From assembly GCA_907165135.1 (NCBI GenBank), contig OU015566.1, forward strand, positions 3,472,001 through 3,536,000: a stretch of DNA of 64,000 nt, given 5' to 3'. Shown here piece after piece: positions 11,737-22,930 of this stretch. The position numbers and the translations under genes are program-made. This DNA is from Oikopleura dioica. Taxonomy: Eukaryota > Animalia > Chordata. Below the pieces are notes generated by a model, which worked only from the letters and a program-made list of their open reading frames with translations, did no database searches and had not been told where the DNA came from. Positions within the stretch are counted from its first letter, which is position 1; each line of letters begins with the position of its first letter.

Positions 11737-14700
11737 CTAAAAGTCTTCGTCCCAGCCAGAAGTCTCATCTGGCGGTTCGTCAGTTTCGGGATTGAACATA
11801 TCGAAGTTTCTAGCGTCAGATGGTCCATTGTACGGTTGTCGAATCGGAGAAATAAGAGTCCTCCCTCTTAGCGCATTCCAGTTCATTGCCGCAAGCCTGA
11901 ATTTTTTTTTTTTCAAAAATATTGTCGAATTTTTTTACCATTTTTGCTTCTTGATTTCTTCAATTCCATCTTTTCCCGCTCCAAGCCTCTCTCTCGGCGT
12001 TTTGCGACAAAGCTTCTTGATAAAATGCCTCGGCGTTCTTGAAATTCGATCGGGAAATTCAAGCGCATCAATTCCATTCAGAATATTTCGATAAATTTCG
12101 AGCTGGTTGCCGCTTTTGACGGAAAATGGCGGGCGCCCGGAGAGAATTTCGAAGATGAGACAGCCCATTGCCCAAAGATCGGCGGTGAGATCGTGACCTG
12201 TATTGAGCAGGATTTCTGGGCAGACGTACTGGAAAATGATTATTTGATGATGCTCAGTCGAAGAATGATAGTTACTTCAGGAGTACCACAGAACGTCCAG
12301 GTCTTATTCTTGTGTCCAATTTGTTTAGCAAAGCCAAAGTCAACAAGTTTCACGTATCCTTCAATTCTCGGATTGACATTGGGATTAAGCTTTCAATCCT
12401 ACCTTGGTCGTCTGTCATTAAGTTTTCGGGCTTGAGATCTCTGTAAACGATGCCCCACGAGTGCAGATAATCGATTGCTTCTAGCACGCAGCCGACGACG
12501 AATTGGGCTTGGCGCTCATTAAAAGGGCCTTTTTGTGATTTTGAAAGAAATTTGGCTAAGTTACAGTCGTAGCTAAGCTTTGACTTAATATTAATGATTG
12601 GCTTAGCCGAAGCTTAGCCTGAAAATTTTAACTCAGCTCAGTCGACCTTAGCTACATAGAAACTTGGCAAGCTTAGCTAGGCTAAGCCGAATATTCTCAT
12701 TGGCTTAGATTACTTAGCCTCTTTATTTGGGTTTTGAGTTCGAATCACTTTCCTTGATTTTGAATCATCGTCCAAACTTCTCCTCCCAGACAGGCATCCA
12801 GCAACAGGTAAACATATTTTCTGTCCCTATCGAACATCAACTGTCAAACAAAATTCCCTTCCTTAGTGCTTACCGAAATGATTGATAGCACTTGACGATA
12901 AAGTCGTTGGAGAGACGCATCAAAAGAGCTCGCTCGGCTTTTATGTGTTCTTGTTGCTCGTGCTCCACGATTCTAGAGCCGTCAAAGGGTGGAAGGAGGA
13001 GGAAAATACCTTGATTTGGTCATTCGCTTGAGGGCATAGGAGTGGTTTTCGTCGCCAACGGGGCGGACGAGCTCTACTCTTCCGAATGCACCGACTCCGA
13101 TGGTCGTAATCAGTTCCAACTCGTCCAGCTCGTATTGAGTATGGATGGAGTTTCCGAAAGAATGAAGCTTTTTGAATTTCAAAGTCAATATTAAGCCAAA
13201 GATATTCTTCTTTAACCCTATGCGTCTCGGTCAGAGCACCCCCTGTGCGGCTCGCGGGGGAATTCTTTTCCCCCGCCCATCTAGAACAATTTTATGCATT
13301 TTCTTACGCTTCTTCGGAGCGAAATGGGCCGATTTTCGTGTTTTCAGAGTCTCGGAGACAGAAAATCTTCAATTTTTGGTGTTATTCAGATGAACTAGAG
13401 ATTGTTATGTAATATATTTCATGTTCTGGAGACGAATACGCACCAGTTTTATGCTCGTTCCTTCGATTCTCTAGACAAATTACATGTTGTCGAGACAAAA
13501 AATGGTCTTTTTTCACGCTTTTTTACAATTTACTCATCGATGTAAAATACTAACATATCATTTTTACAATCTCACGAGATAGAAAATTTCATAAAGATTC
13601 TTATTCTTTTTAAATTTTTGACTTTGGGCGAAAATTGGCCGAGAAATTAGCAAAAAGGGGGCTCGGGGGAAAAAAGTTCCCCCGCGAGCCGCATACGGTT
13701 AAGGGACCCCGCCGACCGAGCTCCGCGCGCGCCTCTCGCTCTTTTCACTCTCACTCTTTAGCTGGTTTAATTTTTTCGACTATCGTGATTTTTTGTACAC
13801 AAACTAAACTTTTCATGCTCTTTCATCTGCATTTCTTTAAATTTTCATAGCTTATTGCTACGCTGAGTAAGGGCGAAAACATTGGCGCTCGATTTTAAGT
13901 GAACATAAGTACTCGAAATATTCGGATTGACACTTCGAGACTGCCCTCATTGTAAAGCCCGTGCCTTCTTTCATAAGGCTTACTTATTGAGATTTCCCGG
14001 AAGCGTTTACTTATCTGATTATCGTGGGATTAATGCGGGTTACCTAGAGCGCTCGGCGTGAAACACGGCCAGTTTACACTGTTGGCGCGGGATTCCCGCT
14101 GCGCTGATCAGAAGAACCTTCATAAACCGCTCGATTACGAGCGCTGCATAAGTTTTAATTAAATTTCAATAAGTAAGCCTTATGAAAGAAGGCACGGGCT
14201 TTTCAGTGAGGGCAGTCTCGAAGTGTCAATCCGAATATTTCGAGTACTTATGTACACTTGAAATCGAGCGCCAATGTTTTCGCCCTTACTCAGCGTAGCA
14301 ATAAGCTATGAAAATTTTAAGAAATGCAGATGAAAGAGCATAAAAAGTTTAGTTAGTATACAAAAAATTATCATAATCGAAAAAATAAATCCAGCTGAAG
14401 ATTAAGAGAGAAAAATAGCGAGAAGCGCGCGCGGAGCTCGGTCGGCGGGGTCCCTTAAGGGGGTAGAACTAGGTTTTTCGAAAATAGCCAATTCTAGACC
14501 GGCGCTCAAAGGCAGGAGAGCTTAGATTTTCGAATTCTCTCTTCGGCTGAAGATATAACAAACCTAGATCTAACAACATTTCTCTTAAAAAATTTTTTCG
14601 TCGACACATTTTTGCGGAAGAGAGCGAAACGTCAACCCATCTCTTCAAAAATTGCGATTTTAGCTCATTTGCGTCCTCAAATTTCTCGAGCCGCGTGACT

Positions 14701-17605
14701 AGCCAAATCTTTTAAATTCCATTTTAAGATAGTTCAACCCTTTTTCTCGCAACATCTAAGAGGAAATTTCCTTATCATTAGTAAAAACAGATTTTTCTTG
14801 TTTAAATTGGCTCTCGAAAATTACTTATATTCGAAAAATCTAGTTCTACCCCCTTAACTGACTCTACTAGCTCAAATTATCAATAATTAAAAATGCTTGA
14901 AAAAAGAATTCGCTGACTCTTCAATAGAGCCGCGTCAGCATGACGAGAAAGCACTAATTATTAAAACATTCAAAATCATGCACACGAAAAAACAGCACCA
15001 TAAAAGGGTCAAAATCCAAGCCAGCGAGAATCATTTCTCAAAAAAGAAATGCTTCTTTATGGCTTTTTATTTGAAGAAATCATAGAAGAAAAGCCAAAAT
15101 GTTCAAGTTATGAAAAGCCAAAAAAGATCCGACTGAAAAAATTTTTAAGAAAACTTTTTTGTCCAAAATTTTCTGAAAAAACTGTTAAAAATAAAAGTAC
15201 TTGAAATATTTTCCTGAGAAGCTTTGTGTTGAAGACTATCGACAGACATTTTTCCAGAGCTCGGATTGTTCCAGTCCTAAAAAAAGAGTCAGAACCGAAT
15301 TCATCCCCTTTTTTACCTTTTCCGCGACGTTTCCGATGAGCTTTCGGAAGGGCTCCCGATCAAGAGTATAGCAAGAAACAGCAGTGACGCAGGAAACAGT
15401 GGCAGATCGCTTATCAGTGGTTTCGCTGAGAAGAGCCATTTCACCGAAATAATTTCCTTTGCCCATTTCGCGCAAGGTCTTTTCTTCGCCTAAAAAGGTA
15501 GCGATGAAAATTGAAAATTTTCTAAGCTTAGATTGCTTAGCCAGCGGCTTAGCTCAGCGACTTCCTGGAGAAGATAAACTGAGCTTAGTTGTCGACTAAG
15601 CAAAGCTAAGCTAAATCTCAGCTTTAACTAAGCTTTGATTTTTGAATTTCGCATTGAATAACTTTGGCTAGGCAAACTTAGTCTTAATTCAGATCAGCTT
15701 AGCTAAGTTAAGCTGAGTTTTTATTTTAAGAAAAATGTCACGCTTAGGCTAGCTTTTTTCTCATCAGCTTATCGAAATCCTATTTTCTTGTTCTTCTTCA
15801 ATACTGTACCTTTATCATCAGTTATGGTTATCCTAACAGTTCCTTCTGAAATAACGTAGAAAGTGTTCCCATGCGCCCCCTGGTGAATGATCGTATCTCC
15901 TGCGGAGAACGTTTCCTCCTCCAATAAATCGACGATTTTGTGTAAATTTCGTTTTGACAGGAATTTCAGCTGCAAATACAGTCATTGAGACGGTGCTCGA
16001 GAATTTACGCACGTGGAAGCTCTCTTGATTCATTTTCTAGCTGTCAAAAAATCACCTGATCTACGGTCGACAGATATTTTAGCCGCTTGTCCAGTTCCTC
16101 TTTGCCTGAGGTTTTGATGATGTGCTGGAATACCGTTCTCGAAAGACTGAAATAAAGAAGAAATAAATTAAACAAAGGGAAATTTATGATTGGGCAGAAA
16201 GAAAAATACGAGCTTCTGATTGGCTTATTCTCGGAATTAAGACTTTTGATAAGCCAAAAACCAAAATAGATGGTTTTGATTGGCGCAGAGGCAAAAGAAA
16301 GGTTTTGATTGGCTGCCACGCAAAATCCTGGTTTCTGATTGGCTGAAAATCGTCTGCTATCGAGAAATTCCAACGATAGAAAAGGAAGCTTTTGAGTTAC
16401 AACTTCCCCCTCAGTGCAATAAATTCGTTCAAAAATTTCAACGACTTCTTCATTCTTTGAAATTTGTGCGCAGTGAATCTGTCAATTCGACTGTAACTCA
16501 CCTCCATATTCTGCATTTTTCTCTCGTAATGACGCTTGCTGTTCTTTTGCAGTGGTACAGGATCGCGAGTTCGCCAAAAACTTCTCCTTCGTTGATGACT
16601 TTTAGGATTCGGTTGTCTTTTCGGACTTCTAGGACGCCATCGGAGAGGACGTACATTGAAGATCCTTAAATTAAGGGGGTAAGCATCGTTAATTCGAATT
16701 TTTTGACCCTTAGAGTTGTCCCTTACCGAGCTCTCCTTCAGTAATAATACTTTCATTATCACTGAAGAACTGCTGCTTCATATAATCGGCCAACAAATCC
16801 AGCTGTCTGAGAGACAAGCCTTTGAGAAACAAATTCGAAGAGAGTGCATTTCTGATGAATTTCTTTTCACCCTCAGTTTTTGGACTTGTTTTTAGCTTCT
16901 CTGGAGCTTCGTTTCCGGCTGATGCTGGTTCCGCCGAGAGAGCCTTAATTTTTTATGTCAATTTTTGATCAGTTTTTTGATCAAAATCGTCTCTATTTTG
17001 AAAAATTTGTCCAAGAAAAATTTTTAAAGGGGGCTTTTGAGCATTTCAATACAGAAACAAACGCCCAAGTTTCCACCCTGAGCTACAGTAGGAAATCGCT
17101 ACTGTAGCAGTTTTCGTTTAAAGAGGTCAAACTCACGCTCATGCGGCCATACTTCCGGCAGGCTGTCTGAAACGGGCGTCATTTTGACGATTTCGGAAAC
17201 GTTAATAGTGTTATGATTTGTCAAACGGGGAGTTTTGAACTTTTACTCAGCTTCCGGGCGGAAATTTTTGATAAAATTTTTTGATGAAATTTCAATTTGA
17301 AGCCAGTTTTTCAAGAGACCCAAAAGATCTCCATTGAAAAAAGCTAGAACGCATACCTGTTTGCCCTTCTGTCCCTGGCCCTTGATGATCAAAGGCGAGT
17401 TGGCGTCGGAATCGTCATACTGGACGATTTGTGTCTCGTCATCGCTTTTCGCGTATTCGATGAGAACATCTAGGAAACCATTACCTTTCAAGCTCAAGTG
17501 CATCTTTCCAACTCACCCTGCAGCTTTTTGATCTGCTCGTTCTTTTCTTCTATGATTGCATCTTTGTCCCGGATCTCGGCCCGCAGCCGGTCGATCAGCT
17601 CCTCT
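11737..17605 (-). CDS. PRKG1: cGMP-dependent protein kinase (PKG); 5' exon not identified
   Basis: N-terminal coiled coil ([15 protein letters not shown]), autoinhibitory ALSAEP, two cNMP-binding domains (FGELA, FGEMAL), kinase motifs [27 protein letters not shown], and an AGC tail ending [12 protein letters not shown]. Confidence 0.93.
12550..12730. repeat. CTAAG/CTGAG (AGCTAAGCTTAG)-rich intronic repeat
   Basis: Dense GCTAAG/CTTAGC pentamer-based motifs in a PKG intron; the same family recurs elsewhere in the window. Confidence 0.7.
13216..13698. mobile_element. piggyBac-like non-autonomous element
   Basis: TTAA|CCCTATGCGTCTCG ... CGAGCCGCATACGG|TTAA, plus an asymmetric subterminal inverted repeat (TGCGGCTCGCGGGGGAA at ~13246 matching the right end). 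Confidence 0.72.
13703..14454. mobile_element. 752-bp palindromic foldback MITE with TTAA flanks and GG..CC termini (Kolobok-like)
   Basis: TTAA|GGGACCCCGCCGACCGAGCTCCGCGCGCG ... CGCGCGCGGAGCTCGGTCGGCGGGGTCCC|TTAA. The inverted arms run ~300 bp on each side at high identity. Confidence 0.9.
14459..14853. mobile_element. 395-bp MITE with TTAA flanks and GG..CC termini (Kolobok-like)
   Basis: TTAA|GGGGGTAGAACTAGGTTTTTCGAA ... TTCGAAAAATCTAGTTCTACCCCC|TTAA (23/24 TIR match). Confidence 0.88.
15520..15760. repeat. CTAAG/CTGAG-rich intronic repeat
   Basis: Runs such as GCAAAGCTAAGCTAAATCTCAGC and CAGCTTAGCTAAGTTAAGCTGAG in a PKG intron. Confidence 0.7.
16188..16342. repeat. ~30-bp tandem repeat with a GATTGG (CCAAT) core
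   Basis: GATTGG at 16188, 16218, 16278, 16307 and 16337, with a GATAAG variant at 16248. Confidence 0.6.
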
Positions 17606-19179
17606 AGAAAAAAAAATAAGAAATTAGCTTCAATTCTGAGTTTTTCAAAAGAAAATTTCATTGATGAAGAATAAGGGTGCCACCCTTATTTCAATGGAAA
17701 AATACTTTTTTAGGTCCAAATAATGAGATTTCATGATAAAAATTGATATTAAGGGTATCAACATCGATATAGACCTTTTCCAATAGTTTGCCAAAATCGT
17801 CGTTGACACCCTTAAAAAAGCTTTCTTTTTAAATAAATATTCAGAAATATATAACTTTGATCGTAAGAAAAGAAGCGACCGGAAAGTGTATTCAGTGCTT
17901 CCAAATTTGCTCAGCTGAAAATCGAAAATGTCAAATATTCAACTTTTTCACGCTAAAATTTCAAGTTCTTAAAACAACACTCGCTGCACAAGCACTCGGT
18001 TCTTTTTTATAAGTCCTGGCCGGAAGTCAACACTTCCCAGCTCAGAGCTTTTTTCTGGGGCAATTTTAAGGCCCGAGCAAATATTGAAAAGGAATTTCCT
18101 AGGGATTTTTTTGGGTCGTTAAATAAATTCACGGACGATCAAAAGAAAATTTTTGTCGCTCAAATCTGACTTTTGCTCAAATAATCAAAGCGTGGGTAAA
18201 CTTACTTTGCGTGTTTTGTTGGAATTGCTCAGCGGTCGATAAAGTTCTATTTTGCTCAATAATTTTATTCAAAGTTTCTATTCAAAAATCAATTTTGAGC
18301 TTTCCTTGCTTCTATAGCAGCTTGTTGTTGATGTGCTGAATTTTTGAGATCGTTTTTTTCTGGGCGTTTTCGAACGCTTCTGAAATGAACAAATTAAGAG
18401 CGACCTATGAAGATTTTTAAGGGGATAGACTTCAAAAAATAATTCATTCAAGCGGTTATTTTCTGCGTTATTAAGCATGTGTTACCCTTATTAAACGTTT
18501 TTAATAGAAGCTCATTTACTGTTATTTTTGATAAAAAAGGCTTTAAATTAAGGGTGTCACTCTTTTATTATACAAATTTAGTGTTTGTCATTAATATGAT
18601 CCGATATCTAAAGTTTTCAGGAAATCGAAAAATAATTTTTCTTAAAAAATATTCATATTTTAGTTTAAACATGGAGATAATTGTTATGACTCCCTTAAAT
18701 TTAATATTTTATCGTTTTTTCTTTATTAATACCTGAATAGTCTACTGAGTCTCTTCGTAAAATTATCTTCTCTGGCCATTTATCTTCTTAGGCACCTTTT
18801 CTCTTGGTCAGGTTATTCTTGCCCTTCGGCGAATTTTTCCTCCTTTCTCTTTCCGTTTTTTTTTAAATTTCTCTCCTTGAATAAATTTTCGATAAAAATT
18901 CACGATTGACTAGGCATGTGTTTATTTTTCTGAATAATAAATTTCTGTCCTTGGCGCGAGAAAAAAGGTCTTCTGGCGCCAATTGCAGTGCCCAAATGTT
19001 AGAGCTCTTCGAATTTGACAAAAATGACATTCGTCGTTTAAATGTGCCCAAGGATTTGTTTGCGATTAGGCACACACTCGGGGCAGAGCGCGATTAAACA
19101 TTTAAAATTTGCCGAAAAGTTACGCGCTCAGTGGCTTCTTACAATTTTTATGAGATTTAACAAATGAAATGAATCAATT

Positions 19180-19570
19180 TTTCTAAGCTTAACCGAATTA
19201 TAATTTGACTAAGCAAACTGAGCCTTAAAAACATTGATATTTTTCCCCTTCTCGGTATATTTAGATTCTTCTTTTAAGACAATAAATAAGAGGCTAAGCT
19301 AGCTTAGCTAATAAAAGAACCAAACTTTGGCTAAGCTGAGCTAAGCCTGCCTATCATATTCCTGGCTAAACTTATCGAATCAAAATTTAAAAGCAAAAGC
19401 ACTAAAAATTCAAAAAAGCTAAGCTGAGCTAAGCTTAGCAGAAGCCAAATTTAGCTTAGCGATATTTTGGCTAAGCTGAATAACTTTGATATTTTGGATA
19501 AAATGGTCAAAAAAGTGTGAGCTTAGTTTGCAAAGCATAAAAAAATCAGGCTTTGCTTAACTTAGCTCAA
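19180..19570. repeat. CTAAG/CTGAG-rich repeat
   Basis: Repeated GCTAAGCTGAGCTAAGC motifs. Confidence 0.7.
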
Positions 19571-19709
19571 ACTTTTCGAATCCTGTCTGAATCGATGGTA
19601 GAAATAAGGAGGAATTAGGAGATTTGAACAAGAAATTCTGACCTATTTCTGCTCGATAAGATAAAGCATTTATTCAACTACTATTTGGATTCGAGCTGTA
19701 TAATGAATT

Positions 19710-20130
19710 TCAGAATCCAGGTGCATGGCGGAATGTGGTCACAAAACAAACTCGCCCGAGGCTCGATAATGCATTTATCAGCGCAACGGAAGTGACCTTG
19801 AGCCCGTCAGGTGCCACCGAAATCCGAAACCAAATCAAGAAAAAAATCCATTTCTTGCCAAAAACAACGAAAAAAAATGGGCAGAACGGGTGGCGGTAAT
19901 TTTTTACGAGAAAACAGAATGACAGAAGGGATCTTGATAGCGACAGTTCTATTGGGCGCTGTGACGAGCCGGGCACTCGACTTCGAGTGTAATCGAAATC
20001 GTCGTAAATTCGTCGCACGCGCCGCCACGCCATCCAGGAGCGTCCCGACTTCAGAAGGCTTCCTTCATTTGACAGCTGCTTTCCCAGTTGCGGCTCACTT
20101 GCGTATTTACTGTTTCTTACGAAAATGAAA
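19710..20130 (-). other. Possible coding exon(s), perhaps a distal 5' exon of PKG
   Basis: Higher-GC island with an open minus frame (SEPQLGKQLSNEGSLLKSGRSW...RRIYDDFDYTRS); no recognisable domain. Confidence 0.25.
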
Positions 20131-20420
20131 AATGAATCAACGAAGAATCCTCTGTCTCTATATAGGAGCTCTTTCACGACCCTGACTCAGGATCCAAGAC
20201 AGGTCCAGAGCCAAAATACCGAGCCATAAGAAACACAATTAAAATTATCTTCTTCGAAAAATTGAAAACAAGCGAGCCCGCGAAAATCTCCTTTTTTGGA
20301 AATTTTCTTTGCTATTGAGAAAAACATCTGCATATGAAATTTAATCAAAAGCTTTGCAAAAACAAAAAGTCGAAAAGAAATTGAGAAAAAAGCTGTCAAA
20401 AAGAAAAGATACCGATTGAA

Positions 20421-22053
20421 ATGTTACGCTACGAAAAAGTCGGCTTCTTGAGCTTGTTTTTCATTGGGCTTTTTGTCGGGTTTCTTTTTTCCAGAGAGAA
20501 TGAGTTTGTTCTCATCAAAAAATCGAATGAAATAGGGCTGGGTCAATCATGATTTTTTCTTTTTTTTCATGAGAAAAAATTGCGACCCTTCCAAAGAGAG
20601 CAAAAGAGAGCATTTGAGGATCCTGTCAACGAAAGTTCAACAAGAAGATAAGCATGAGAAAAAAGAGAAGTTGCCGGAAAAATTTACTCCCAACTGTGAG
20701 GCTCTTATTCGCGTAAGTTAAAAGTTTCTTATCGGGAATGAACTCCTTATTTTTTAAATAGGAAGATGAGCATGAGCTGCTACGAATAAAGAAATACCAA
20801 TCTTCGAACAAAATCGATTCACTCAGTCTGCCAGACGGTGCAATCTCATCTTTTATTCATTCAAAAGGCTGCTCAGAATTTGTCAATTCCCGCAACTACC
20901 GCTTTTTATCTTCCAACGCTGATTTTCCCCTTGCGTACTCTTTGGTACTCCATAAAAATCCGGGTCAAGCAGAGCGACTTCTAAGAGCGATCTACTCTCC
21001 TGACAATGTCTACTGCCTTCATATCGACGCAAAGGCACCTGAAGATGTTTTTGAAGATTTCGAAGCCCTAGCAAGCTGTTTTCCGAATGTTTTCTTGGCG
21101 AAGAAACGTGAGAGCGTCTACTGGGCATCCTATGAACGACTGCAAGCTGATCTGAACTGCATTGAAGAGCTTCTTCAGGTCGGTTGTCTCATTGTTATTT
21201 TTGATAATTTAAAGTTTTAAAACAATAATTGTCAACCAATTGGTAGCATGAAGTTCAATGGAGATATTTGATCAATCTTTGCGGGAATGGCTCAAAATTC
21301 ATAATTTTTATTTATCAAATTTAGAATTCAGAAAAAAATTTAAATGAGCCAAAATAAGCGAGGATTTTCCACTGAAAAGTAACTCCGAAATCGTCAATTA
21401 TCTCAAATCCTTGTACCCAAGAAACTCGATCGAAAGCTACTCAATGTCCTTGGCTTGGAATTCCAAAAAGAAAAAGCGATACGAGAAGCATTGGGAACTG
21501 CGACAATACTACTCCGACAAATCGGAATACAGCTTGCACCCGAGAATGACGGATCAAGACAAGATCCCACCTCCCGGTGACATTGAGATATTTTCCGGAA
21601 TGGCGTACAATTTCTTCACGAGGGAGTTTATCGAATGGGCCAGGGAAGATGAAGAGGTTGGAGAATTGATCGAGTGGTCGAAAGATTCTTTTTCGCCAGA
21701 TGAGTTTATTTGGGCGACGATTTTGAGGATGAAAAATGCTCCTGGGAATGAATTTGTTGGGGTAAGTCTCTTCTATTTCCTTGTTTTTTAACTTCTTTCT
21801 AGAAGACCCCATATCTAGCTCGACTGGTTTTATGGGAGAACAACGCTAAAAATCACCGCTGCCGAGGATATTACCGCCGAGGAATTTGCGTCTTTGGAAG
21901 TGGCGATGTTGGCTGGGTATGACAACAAAATTTTGCCTTGATTGATCAGTCTTTTAGTTGCTGAAATCTCCATATTTTTTCGCAAACAAATTCGATGCAG
22001 TTGATGATTTCGCTCTGCAATGTCTTGAAGAAGAACTGAGGAAGAGGGACTGA
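20421..22053 (+). CDS. GCNT: Core-2/I-branching beta-1,6-N-acetylglucosaminyltransferase (GT14)
   Basis: Type II anchor MLRYEKVGFLSLFFIGLFVGFLF. Family motifs: FPLAYSLVLHK, RLLRAIYSPDNVYCLHIDAK, VYWASYERLQADLNC, WRYLINLCGNDFPLK, SFSPDEFIWAT, ARLVLWE, YRRGICVFG. Confidence 0.9.
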
Positions 22054-22342
22054 AATCATGGAAGAATCTCACTTTCAATTATTTTACTGAAAATAAATCT
22101 ATTACATATTTAATGTGAGAAAGTTAAATGTAGAAGCAGGATATGTACTAAGACTAAACTTTAGCTTAGCTGAAGTTTTTCTATCGCGAATGATTTTCCT
22201 GGAGAAATTCTTCAAGGATCGCGCGCTTCCAGCAGAAAAGTCCTCCGCGCCCAGATGTGCGAGTTTTCCCACGCTCTGGCTAAAAGTGAAAATGCTCTTT
22301 TCGAAATTTCTTTTTCACGCAAAATCGTCATTTTTGAAATTT

Positions 22343-22758
22343 CTAGAGAATGAACCGTGCAAATACGAAGATCCTGTCCCGATTGGCTGCACGAAGATTT
22401 GATACAAAGAATTTTGCAGTTTCGACTGTTTTGGCGAAAAAGAGAGAAATTCCGGAAGATTGGCTGCCGCTGCATTTGAGGGATGAAGCGATCTCGGCAA
22501 AACTTATTTCTACAAAGGGGGTAAGAATTATTTCGTAGAAGAAATTCAGTTATAAATAAACTTTTTATCGACAAATATGGTACTTATGGTAATTCAATAA
22601 TATAAAGTACTTTTCGTTCTTTCAAACTCTCCCATATTGATTCCAAGTTCTAGCGCGCGTTCCGCAACTTCCAGACCATCTTTGGCTGGAGCCTCGTCAT
22701 CTGCCTTGTCGTTGGAATCTACTACGGAATACAGAACTTGGTCGTTGCTTCGGCCCCA
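22343..22758 (-). CDS. Putative two-exon fragment of an uncharacterised gene
   Basis: WGRSNDQVLYSVVDSNDKADDEAPAKDGLEVAERALELGINMGEFERTK splices GT-AG in frame to ISFAEIASSLKCSG...DRIFVFARFIL*. No start codon found. Confidence 0.35.
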
Positions 22759-22930
22759 CTAGTCATTGGAGAACTTTCCGAAGAAGAAATAAAAAAGATA
22801 AAAACTGTAGAAGATAATTCTGTTGAGACGAAATGGCTTAATTTATCAACTTCTGAAGCGAGCAAAAAACAATGATGCTTTTCCTTGATATTATTTGCGA
22901 TATCGCGGTACAGTTTTTCTCGATTTTAGT

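Noticed and set aside
17082-17108. Perfect GCTACAGTAG/CTACTGTAGC hairpin as a Helitron 3' end
   Set aside because: No matching 5' TC end or terminal CTRR could be assigned, and the signal is too short to support an element call.
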